From: Pseudomonadota bacterium
GTDB lineage: Bacteria; Pseudomonadota; Alphaproteobacteria; RF32; CAG-239
NCBI GenBank assembly: GCA_018362935.1
Contig: JAHALQ010000007.1
Location: 512 to 64,511 of the forward strand
Direction of reading: 5' to 3'
Length of the DNA: 64,000 nucleotides
A program made the position numbers and the translations under genes. The notes under the pieces were generated by a model. The model made no database searches. It was given only the letters and a program-made list of their open reading frames with translations, and was not told where the DNA came from. Positions 38,782-46,543 of the stretch are shown piece after piece; position 1 is the first letter of the stretch; each line of letters starts with the position of its first letter.

Positions 38782-38812
38782 ACCATAATCTTTGGAGTTA
38801 ACTCTAAGTCAA
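38782..38812 (-). promoter_or_regulatory. MerR-type promoter (19-nt spacer with dyad) for the hydrolase gene
   Basis: The minus strand reads TTGACT-tagagttaactccaaagat-TATGGT. The spacer carries the dyad TTAGAGTTAACTCCAA. Confidence 0.5.
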
Positions 38813-39031
38813 GATATTTTTTTATTTGTGGTAAAAATTGTTATTTAATGCTGGTGGAATATTTTTCACACACCCCGTTCTAAAGCTGCGTCCCGATTTC
38901 GAACCCAGGGTTCAAGTCCCGGGGATAATCCCAACGGGACTGCGCCGCTACGAAAGGCGTTGCCTTTCTACTTGCGCGAACAACTAAGTGTTGCCGCGGA
39001 TGAATCTGTAAGAAGAAAGATGGATTTACAT

Positions 39032-39345
39032 AACTGGGATTCCGGGATTAATCGGGATTTTCGGGGACATATTGGGATAAGCCATTTATAAGAACGTCAA
39101 TTCTAGCACCGTTTACAGCCCGTTTAAATGGCATTTTAAAGGTCAAAAATTTTCTGCGATTAATCATCGGCAATAATTAAGTAATGTGAAAAATGGTTTT
39201 GCCTGATGATAAAATGGTTTTACATAAAGAAAAACAATAAAATAAGTATAAACAACGTAATAGTATCTATCTTTGTGAAATGTCTTTTTAAAACTGGGAT
39301 TTAAAAATGCCTATTTTAAATCCCAGTTAGGTATTAACTGGGATT
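39032..39345. repeat. left-end repeats: AACTGGGATT x4 and a phased GGGAT array
   Basis: AACTGGGATT occurs at 39032, 39292 and 39336, and inverted at 39319-39328. GGGA(T/C) motifs start at 39036, 39044, 39054, 39064 and 39074, giving a spacing of about 10 bp. Confidence 0.6.
39292..39328 (-). terminator. 15-bp perfect hairpin downstream of the repressor gene
   Basis: AACTGGGATTTAAAA-atgccta-TTTTAAATCCCAGTT, 42 nt beyond the repressor stop. The T-tract is weak. Confidence 0.4.
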
Positions 39346-39369
39346 CATTTATTAAAAAGTTTAGACAAA

Positions 39370-39975
39370 TTAAGCTTTACAAATAGCTGCTTTAACCTGT
39401 CCGACAATGTGCAATAATTCTTCTTGCTCAATGTCCCAAGGTGCGTATTCAGCATTTAATGAGATGGCTTTTAATTTATCACCGGCAAGTTGAAGCTTTT
39501 TTATAAAACAGCTGCCATCATATTCAAAAGCATACATACCGTCATTTACAAATTGCCGTACACTCATATCCAATACAGCGATATCTTTGTCATATAGACG
39601 TGGCTGCATAGAATCACCGCGTACTTTTACACCGGCAGCAAACTTTTTCGGAATACCGTATATATCAAAAAAATCTTCAGGAAGAACTAAAGTTGAAATA
39701 ATATTTTCTTGAGAAATAATTGATCCGCAACCTGCAGAAAACTCTACGTCGTAAATATTAATTGTATTTTCGGTTTTATTAATCTGACCTGTTAATACCC
39801 AGTTAATGTCAATACCACTTTGTGCCAAGTTAGAAAGAACTTCTCCGCCTGGCAGACTGTTACCAGCCTCATAACCTTCCCAACTCTTTTTGTGGCACTT
39901 TGCTAAGATTGCCATGTTTGATTGGCTAAGTCCCAGATTTTCTCTAATTTTTTTAAGTCGCTCACCAACTGTCAT
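39370..39975 (-). CDS. prophage repressor (XRE HTH + S24 LexA-like peptidase domain)
   Basis: N-terminal HTH (LGLSQSNMAILAKC) and a C-terminal S24 pattern (VRGDSMQP...K). It is divergent from ner and A. Confidence 0.85.
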   Translation of the reverse strand: MTVGERLKKIRENLGLSQSNMAILAKCHKKSWEGYEAGNSLPGGEVLSNLAQSGIDINWVLTGQINKTENTINIYDVEFSAGCGSIISQENIISTLVLPEDFFDIYGIPKKFAAGVKVRGDSMQPRLYDKDIAVLDMSVRQFVNDGMYAFEYDGSCFIKKLQLAGDKLKAISLNAEYAPWDIEQEELLHIVGQVKAAICKA

Positions 39976-40100
39976 AAAATTTTTCCCAAAAAAACCAATA
40001 AAGGATAAAATATTTCTTGACTACGATAAAATTTTATCCTAAGGTGAATTATCGTTTCGCTAATAGTAACATAAAAAACGAAAATTTAAAGGAAATTTTA
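39976..40100. promoter_or_regulatory. early control region (operators, divergent promoters)
   Basis: A 10-bp inverted repeat, AGGATAAAAT(40002-11)/ATTTTATCCT(40031-40), brackets TTGACT-17 nt-TAAGGT. The ATAAAATTTT motif is repeated. Confidence 0.55.
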
Positions 40101-40304
40101 ATGTGGGATAAGGCCAGAATAAAAATTGAACTGATTAAAAGGGGTTCAAATTTTACTAAAGCCGCGCTGGATGAGGATTTATCATCCGGTGCATGCCGAA
40201 CTGCTTTAGTAAAACCTTTTCCTGCCGGCGAAAGAGCTTTGGCAAAAGCCTTAGATATCTCTGTTGAAGAGTTATTCCCGGAACGTTATCGGGAGGCTAA
40301 ATAA
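40101..40304 (+). CDS. ner: Ner-like DNA-binding early regulator
   Basis: WDKARIKIELIKRGSNFTKAALDEDLSSGACRTALVKPFPAGERALAKALDISVEELFPERY matches the recalled Ner/Nlp pattern. Confidence 0.8.
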   Translation: MWDKARIKIELIKRGSNFTKAALDEDLSSGACRTALVKPFPAGERALAKALDISVEELFPERYREAK

Positions 40305-42418
40305 TGGAAAATTATTTTAGCGCCAAACAATTAGAAGCATTACATTTGACAAGCCTGCCGTCATGCAAGCGATTGATCAATATAAAAGCGACAAAGGAAA
40401 ATTGGCCATTTCGAGCCCGCAAAGGTAAAGGTGGCGGTCGAGAATATAATATTAATGATTTACCAGCTGAAGTACGGTCTGAGTTTTTAGCTAGAAAACA
40501 AAGAAATAAAGAAGAAAAAGTTCATGAAAAGCAAGAAGAAGCAATCGCGTCTTTATTAAAACTCCAAGACGGACAGCTTCAAAAAGCTTATATTCGTGAA
40601 CGAATTGTTCAAGATTATATTATGTTTAAGAAAAGTAGCGGCTTAAGTCATACAAAAGCCAGAGCGGAGTTTTGTGCAAGTTTTAACGATAAAAAGATAC
40701 TTCCTGATAATTCTATCCGTGCCGTTGTCAATAATATTTGTGAAAGAACCTTATTTAATCTGGAAAAAAACTATGAAACAATGGGATTGGCAGGCTTAGC
40801 CGATAATTATGGCAATCGTAAAGGAGCCAGCAAGGTTGAGAGCCGCCCCGAAATTAAGGAGCTAATTTTAGGTCTAATTTATTTTAATCCGGATATTAAA
40901 TGTCACTTAATAATGCGTGGACTCCGAACAAGATACGGTTCAAAGAATCTTCCGTCTTATCGAACGATCCAGAACTGGGTTGCTAAATGGAGACATGAAA
41001 ACGAATCAGTTCTTTTGGCAATTAAAAATCCGGATGCGTGGCGGAATAAGTATCAATCGGCGACCGGTTCTCAGTCTGAAAATATTACCCGCCTTAATCA
41101 GCGTTGGGAATATGACAGTACCCCAACCGATATAATGTTAAATGATGGCAGCCGCCATAACATCGTTGGAGTGATAGACGTATATTCCCGTCGTTTGAAA
41201 TTGTTGGTTTCGAAAACGTCTAATACTCAGGCCGTAACATCCATAACCAGAGCTTGTCTTCTCGAGTGGGGTGTACCTGAAGAGGTGAAGACGGATAACG
41301 GTGCAGACTATGCATCTAAGCACATGAGAAGAGTTTTTGACAGTCTGGAAGTTCGGCAGATATTCTGTCAGCCGTTTACTCCGGAAGGCAAGCCCCATAT
41401 TGAACGAGTGTTTAAGACCTTTTCACATGATGTTTTAGAAATCCTTCCCGGATATATCGGTCATAATGTTAGTGACCGTAAAAATATTGAATCGAGAAAG
41501 TCTTTTGCCGATCATATTATGGGAAAGGCCAAAAATCGGACAGCGGAATACTTGTCTGCAGAAGAACTGCAAGAATTTTGCGATAAGTGGATTGAAAACT
41601 ATTATATGCAAGAACCGCACCGCGGATTAAATAATAAAACACCTCAGTCAATGGTAGACGGTTACAACGGTGAAGTGCGCCGGATTAAAAATGAACGGGC
41701 GCTTGATATACTGCTTTTGCCAACCAGTGGTGACGGTATTCGTACCGTTACTAAAAAAGGCATTGCAATTGAAAATGCTTATTACGACAGCAACGATTTG
41801 GGATTATATATCGGCAAGCAAGTTAAGGTTCTGTATTCTGAAGCAGAGTGGGGCAAAATATATGTATTTACTCCCGAAAGTAAATTTATTTGTGAGGCCT
41901 TTTGTCCGGAACGCAGCGGTATTTCACGTTCAGAAGTTGCTTCAGCCAAAAAGTCACTGCAAAAACGCCTTATCTCCGAGAGTAAGCAGATTATTAAAGG
42001 TTACAGCAAAAAATATATGGTCAAAAACCTTGCTCAGGAAATTGTTAATCAAAAAATTGATAACAACCCGGATATTCTCGCATTTCCTAAAACCGAAGTT
42101 TCTTATGAATCTCGTTTTTTACAAGAGGCAGAAAATATCCTGGCTTCAAAACAGGAAATGCCGGCCAGCCGTAATCTAACCGTTGAAGAACAAAATGTAC
42201 TTGAACAGGCCGAAAAAGCACGGAATGACAATGTTGTCAGCATGCCGGCGACCATTTTGTCCCAAGAAAGATACAAGCATTGGAAAGACCTTAATCAGCG
42301 TTTTCTTAAAGGTGAACGTTTAACAGAAAACGAAAGAAATTTTTATGCCAATTACAAAGAAAGTTCCGATTTTCAGACTCAAGAATTACTTGATGAACTG
42401 GGAATAGGAGCCGTGTAA
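40304..42418 (+). CDS. Mu-type DDE transposase A
   Basis: 704 aa with an N-terminal Mu-type DNA-binding region and an rve-like core (WEYDSTPTD...DVYSRR...TDNGADY...PHIERVF). Confidence 0.9.
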   Translation: MENYFSAKQLEALHLTSLPSCKRLINIKATKENWPFRARKGKGGGREYNINDLPAEVRSEFLARKQRNKEEKVHEKQEEAIASLLKLQDGQLQKAYIRERIVQDYIMFKKSSGLSHTKARAEFCASFNDKKILPDNSIRAVVNNICERTLFNLEKNYETMGLAGLADNYGNRKGASKVESRPEIKELILGLIYFNPDIKCHLIMRGLRTRYGSKNLPSYRTIQNWVAKWRHENESVLLAIKNPDAWRNKYQSATGSQSENITRLNQRWEYDSTPTDIMLNDGSRHNIVGVIDVYSRRLKLLVSKTSNTQAVTSITRACLLEWGVPEEVKTDNGADYASKHMRRVFDSLEVRQIFCQPFTPEGKPHIERVFKTFSHDVLEILPGYIGHNVSDRKNIESRKSFADHIMGKAKNRTAEYLSAEELQEFCDKWIENYYMQEPHRGLNNKTPQSMVDGYNGEVRRIKNERALDILLLPTSGDGIRTVTKKGIAIENAYYDSNDLGLYIGKQVKVLYSEAEWGKIYVFTPESKFICEAFCPERSGISRSEVASAKKSLQKRLISESKQIIKGYSKKYMVKNLAQEIVNQKIDNNPDILAFPKTEVSYESRFLQEAENILASKQEMPASRNLTVEEQNVLEQAEKARNDNVVSMPATILSQERYKHWKDLNQRFLKGERLTENERNFYANYKESSDFQTQELLDELGIGAV

Positions 42419-42527
42419 TCAAAAGTTGTCCGCAAGCTGCAACCTGCGGACAACCCAATTAACATCAGGAGTCCCTACGCCAATAGACAACTCCTGAAAC
42501 TATAACCGAAATTATAGAGGATTAATA

Positions 42528-43271
42528 ATGTCAGATAATATACAAAAAGTCAATAACATCGCAGCATTACAGAATGTTGCAATCATCTTGTTAGCTATAA
42601 AAAAGGCTATGAATAGGCCGGATTATCTTCCCGGTCTTGTGGTTGTTCACGGTCCGAGCGGTTACGGTAAAACCATGGCGTCAAGCTATGCCGCAGCCAA
42701 TTTGAAAGCTTATTTCGTTTCTGCCAAGGCAATTTGGACAAGAAAAACAATGTTGCAGGCTATTCTTGACGAGATGGGAATTCCAGCAAGCAGAACAACC
42801 GCTGAAATGTTTTCTCAAGTTTGTGAAGAATTATCTTGTTCTGGCAAGCCGCTCATCATTGATGAATTTGATTATTGCGTCGATTGCAAAGGACTGATGG
42901 CGTTAACCCGTGATATATATGACAGTTCAGAGACACCTATAATTTTAATAGGTGAGGAAATGCTACCGGCTAAATTAGCACGTGAAGAGCGTTTTCATAA
43001 CCGGATTTTAGACTGGATACCGGCGTTGCCGGCAAGTTTGGAAGACGCGGTAAAACTTCGTACACTCTACTGCGATAAAGTTAAAATTGCCGATGACCTT
43101 TTACAAAAGGTTTGGCAGATATCGGAAGGCCGCGCCCGTCGAATTGTTGTTAATTTGAACAAAATTCAAGATACCATATTAGCCGAAGGCCAAAATGTTG
43201 TTGATCTTAAAGATTGGGGAAAACGTGAGCTTATTAAAGGTGAAGCTCCGGCAATCAGGAGGCTGTCATAA
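42528..43271 (+). CDS. MuB-like AAA+ transposition target-capture ATPase
   Basis: Walker A HGPSGYGKT and Walker B LIIDEFD, immediately after the transposase. Confidence 0.85.
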   Translation: MSDNIQKVNNIAALQNVAIILLAIKKAMNRPDYLPGLVVVHGPSGYGKTMASSYAAANLKAYFVSAKAIWTRKTMLQAILDEMGIPASRTTAEMFSQVCEELSCSGKPLIIDEFDYCVDCKGLMALTRDIYDSSETPIILIGEEMLPAKLAREERFHNRILDWIPALPASLEDAVKLRTLYCDKVKIADDLLQKVWQISEGRARRIVVNLNKIQDTILAEGQNVVDLKDWGKRELIKGEAPAIRRLS

Positions 43272-43852
43272 TGTTGGAAACAGGAAGAAAGCCCGTCAGT
43301 GTTGCGCCCAAAAACCGAAAAATGGTTTGGAAAGTTATCAGAGAATTAAAACATTTTACAATTCGTGATATTGAGGACAGAACTAAAATCCAGCCTAGAA
43401 CAATAACTTCTTATTTGCAGGCGTTAGAACGTGCCGAGATTATTGATAAGAGAGCTGTTTATCAACCGAACAGAGGTTGTTTGCGAACAAATGAATATAA
43501 TCTTCTGAAAGATTTGGGCGCAATGGCTCCGGTCGTCAACAAAGCAGGGAAGCTTATTGAAGATACTCATCAATCAAGAATCTGGCGTGCCATCCGGATA
43601 TTAAAGAATTTTACATTAAAAGACATTGTGGCAACCGCTTCTCAAGATAATGACCCGGTTTCACTCACGGCTGCTGATCAATATTTGAATTATCTGAAAA
43701 AAGCAGGATACCTCGTCAAAAGAAATAACGAAAAAGTCTTTCATCTTGTTTCATCAATGAACAAAGGGATTCAGGCTCCGCAAATTCAACGCATCAAGCA
43801 GATCTATGATCCAAATATTGATGTCGTAGTCTGGAATAGTGAGGAGGCCTGA
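43271..43852 (+). CDS. early protein with two tandem winged-helix-like repeats
   Basis: Internal duplication: MVWKVIRELKHFTIRDI...YLQALERAEII versus RIWRAIRILKNFTLKDI...YLNYLKKAGYLV. Confidence 0.6.
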   Translation: MLETGRKPVSVAPKNRKMVWKVIRELKHFTIRDIEDRTKIQPRTITSYLQALERAEIIDKRAVYQPNRGCLRTNEYNLLKDLGAMAPVVNKAGKLIEDTHQSRIWRAIRILKNFTLKDIVATASQDNDPVSLTAADQYLNYLKKAGYLVKRNNEKVFHLVSSMNKGIQAPQIQRIKQIYDPNIDVVVWNSEEA

Positions 43853-43853
43853 C

Positions 43854-44216
43854 ATGTCAGCAATTGAAACCGCTAAACAATATTGGGGCGAATCTTTGCC
43901 GGACTGGATTGAGGTACTTGCAAACGAAGCTGATAAAACTTCCCAAAATAAAATTGCTTATAAAATCGGTAAATCATCGGCTGCCATAAGCCAAATCTTA
44001 AAAAAATCTTATCCGGGCACGATTGCCAATCTTGAAGCAGCCGTTCGCGCCAACCTGATGAATGGCAGCCATGACTGTCCGTTTTACGGTACGATTTTAA
44101 TTCGGGAATGCTTGGATGTACAGTCCCGTCCGTTCAGTAACTCAGGAAATCCAACCAAAATCAGACTTTTCAAAGCCTGCCGCAACTGTATACACCACAA
44201 AAAACAAGGAGAATAA
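43854..44216 (+). CDS. early protein, putative HTH DNA-binding
   Basis: GAGGAGG RBS, HTH-like QNKIAYKIGKSSAAISQILK, and C-terminal Cys residues. Confidence 0.5.
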   Translation: MSAIETAKQYWGESLPDWIEVLANEADKTSQNKIAYKIGKSSAAISQILKKSYPGTIANLEAAVRANLMNGSHDCPFYGTILIRECLDVQSRPFSNSGNPTKIRLFKACRNCIHHKKQGE

Positions 44217-44219
44217 ACT

Positions 44220-44420
44220 ATGCTGTCACAAGATGCCAAAAACTTAACCAATTCAATTCGTGATCTTCAACATAAAGCCGAACAAATGGCTCACGTTTTG
44301 GATTGTATCAAAATCAATCTTCAAAGTCTGGCCGACAGTTTAACTGTCTTAGAGCGCAATACGATTGTCAGTCAGCCTTCAGAAAGGCCTACTTATGAAG
44401 ATTATCAAAACATTGCCTGA
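44220..44420 (+). CDS. hypothetical early protein (coiled-coil-like)
   Basis: 66-aa ORF packed in the operon. Confidence 0.4.
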   Translation: MLSQDAKNLTNSIRDLQHKAEQMAHVLDCIKINLQSLADSLTVLERNTIVSQPSERPTYEDYQNIA

Positions 44421-44501
44421 TTGCTTAAGCAGTCAGACAAAAAACCGATTGCTGGCAAGAGCAATCTTTAATGTAACCCCCAGAAGAAAAGGAAAATTAA
44501 A

Positions 44502-44750
44502 ATGTCAGAAACTGAAGTTGGCGGCATTGCTGCTGATCGTCTGCGTTCTCTTGTTGAGCGCATTGAACGGCTAAATGAGGAGAAAGCTGCGCTTGAAAGC
44601 GATATCCGCGATATTTTTGCAGAGGCCAAATCTGCCGGCTTTGACGTTAAAATTATACGCGAAGTTATTAGGCTGCGCAAAATGAACGCTGCCGACCGTG
44701 ATGAGCAGGAAAGTTTGCTCGAAATCTATCGTAAAGCTCTGGATATATAG
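44502..44750 (+). CDS. DUF2312/GapR-family small DNA-binding protein
   Basis: LRSLVERIERLNEEKAALESDIRDIFAEAKSAGFDVKIIREVIRLRK is the classic DUF2312 pattern. Confidence 0.8.
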   Translation: MSETEVGGIAADRLRSLVERIERLNEEKAALESDIRDIFAEAKSAGFDVKIIREVIRLRKMNAADRDEQESLLEIYRKALDI

Positions 44751-44759
44751 GAGAAAGCA

Positions 44760-45398
44760 ATGACAGAAATAAACGAAAACGAATACCTAACCGACGCTGA
44801 AGGTCGTTTGGTACCGATTAAAATGATTAAAGATATCGACCGGCAACGCGACAATCTGGTGAAAGAATATATAGCTAAGGCAAAAGCTTTGTCTGCCAGT
44901 ATTCAGCGTTTCAAAACCGAGAGCTTTAACGATGTGGCTGCGCATATCAGTTTGGCTGCCGAAAAATATAATCTCAAAATAGGCGGGGAAAAAGGAAATG
45001 TGACGCTGATGAGTTATGACGGGCAGTATAAAATAATCCGTTCAGTCGCTGAAAAGCTTGATTTTAACGAAAGTCTGGCCGCCGCTAAGATTATGATTGA
45101 TAATTGTATCAGCAAATGGTCTGCCGGCGTTAATCAGCATCTGAAGGCCCTGGTAACCAGAACTTTCAAAACTGACCGCGAAGGCAAGATTTCAACGGTT
45201 AAGGTTCTGGATCTGATGACGGTTAAAATTAATGATGACGAGTGGCAAATGGCGATGCAGGCCTTGTCGGACAGTATGTCGGTCAGTTCTACCAAATCAT
45301 ATATTCGGTTTTACGAACGTCAGGTTGACGGCAGCTATAAGGCCATACCTCTGGACATTGCTGCCGATTTTCAGATTTCGCCGGCTAACTCCAAATAA
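44760..45398 (+). CDS. DUF3164-like Mu-type early protein
   Basis: Size, position and sequence are reminiscent of the DUF3164 proteins of Mu-like prophages (from memory). Confidence 0.5.
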   Translation: MTEINENEYLTDAEGRLVPIKMIKDIDRQRDNLVKEYIAKAKALSASIQRFKTESFNDVAAHISLAAEKYNLKIGGEKGNVTLMSYDGQYKIIRSVAEKLDFNESLAAAKIMIDNCISKWSAGVNQHLKALVTRTFKTDREGKISTVKVLDLMTVKINDDEWQMAMQALSDSMSVSSTKSYIRFYERQVDGSYKAIPLDIAADFQISPANSK

Positions 45399-45469
45399 AC
45401 AGTAAACACTATAGGCGAAACGGCGGTGTCTTTATCCGCCGTCTGCGGAAGATTAACCACTCCGCACTG

Positions 45470-45943
45470 ATGAGCCAGGTTAAACAAATGACAAAAAGAG
45501 AAATGACACAAGAACGCAAGATTTTACTGGGGAAGATTCACATAGCCAAGAAAGCTTTAGGTCTTGATGAAGATACCTATCGGTCAATCATTTTTGCTGC
45601 AGTTGGCAAAAACAGCGGCAAAGACTGCACAGACCGTCAGTTGCTTAAGATTGTTAAAGCCTTTGAAGCTAAAGGTTGGAAGCATCGAAAAAATCCGAAC
45701 CAATACCGCAAAGTTCCGACCGGACGGGCAGATTTGGAAAAAATCTATGCGTTATGGGGAAGGTTGCAGGATATGGGCGTTGTAAAGTCGACAAATCTGG
45801 TTGACCTGGATAAATGGGTCAGTCGGATGACCGGAGGTAAACGCAGTTCTGCTCAATTTCTTGAAGAAAGCTGGGCGCAAAAGATAATCGAGTGTCTGAA
45901 ACAATGGATCGCCCGCGAGGAAAGGAGAGGGCACAATGAATAA
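45470..45943 (+). CDS. GemA/gp16-like protein (DUF1018)
   Basis: KIHIAKKALGLDEDTYRSII...DCTDRQLLKIVKAFEAKGW pattern. Confidence 0.7.
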   Translation: MSQVKQMTKREMTQERKILLGKIHIAKKALGLDEDTYRSIIFAAVGKNSGKDCTDRQLLKIVKAFEAKGWKHRKNPNQYRKVPTGRADLEKIYALWGRLQDMGVVKSTNLVDLDKWVSRMTGGKRSSAQFLEESWAQKIIECLKQWIAREERRGHNE

Positions 45944-46364
45944 CTTTACCGGTGTTTTGGCTGACATTGAAAATGTTATCGGCACCGCCGCCACTCTCCA
46001 GCTGGTAAAAGAACGCGGCGGCACCAAAATAAATATTCCTAAAAAACCGACCGAAAAGTGTCAATTGGTTCAGATTATCGGATTGTCGTTGGCGGAAAAG
46101 CTCAGTTTGGAATTTGGATCCGGAGAAGTTTTAATTCCGATGGGGCATTTCAAAGGCATGGGCAGAAAGAAGGTCTTAGCGGCTCAGATGCTTGAACAAG
46201 GATTAAGCAGCAATAAGATTGCTGCAGAGCTGGATATTCACGAAAGAACTGTCCGGCGGGTGAAAGAAAAAAACTACTTAGGATTACCCCTCATTGAATA
46301 TATTGAAGAACAAGAAAGGAAAGAAAAAGAACATGGGAAAAGTTGTTGCCACACTCACGCTTGA
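45936..46364 (+). CDS. Mor/C-family transcriptional activator
   Basis: Mor-like N-terminus (VIGTAATLQLVKERGGTKINIPK) and a C-terminal HTH (LSSNKIAAELDIHERTVRR). Confidence 0.7.
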   Translation: MNNFTGVLADIENVIGTAATLQLVKERGGTKINIPKKPTEKCQLVQIIGLSLAEKLSLEFGSGEVLIPMGHFKGMGRKKVLAAQMLEQGLSSNKIAAELDIHERTVRRVKEKNYLGLPLIEYIEEQERKEKEHGKSCCHTHA

Positions 46365-46536
46365 GTGTTTTACGGATCATAAAGGGAATCTCGAGATGCA
46401 TTATGTATCCGATTATTCCGACCAGATAAAAGAAGAACATAAAAAAGCGTGTCAAACTATTTTTAGAATTGTCAGAGATTCGTTTGAATTTGACATTGCT
46501 ATGGCCGCGCAAACTCAAAATATCACCAGACAGTGA
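46333..46536 (+). CDS. hypothetical small protein
   Basis: 67-aa ORF overlapping the mor 3' end. Confidence 0.35.
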   Translation: MGKVVATLTLECFTDHKGNLEMHYVSDYSDQIKEEHKKACQTIFRIVRDSFEFDIAMAAQTQNITRQ

Positions 46537-46543
46537 GGAAATA

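Noticed and set aside
38905-38945. A possible tRNA, or a two-piece alphaproteobacterial tmRNA, suggested by GGGTTCAAGTCCC and GATTTCGAA.
   Set aside because: No 7-bp acceptor pairing, D arm or anticodon arm could be built on either strand. No G3:U70/ACCA alanine identity is present, and no tag ORF ending in Ala-Ala-stop is nearby. It is kept only as an unexplained structured element.
39036-39078. The regularly spaced GGGAT repeats as a CRISPR-like or tandem-repeat array.
   Set aside because: The period is only about 10 bp, there are no spacers, the units are degenerate, and the array lies at a transposable-phage end. Protein-binding phasing is the better explanation.
44365-44574. A 69-aa ORF overlapping the end of the 66-aa gene and the start of the GapR-like gene.
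   Set aside because: It overlaps two better-supported genes in other frames and has no RBS. Its hydrophobic tail is the out-of-frame image of the GapR N-terminus.
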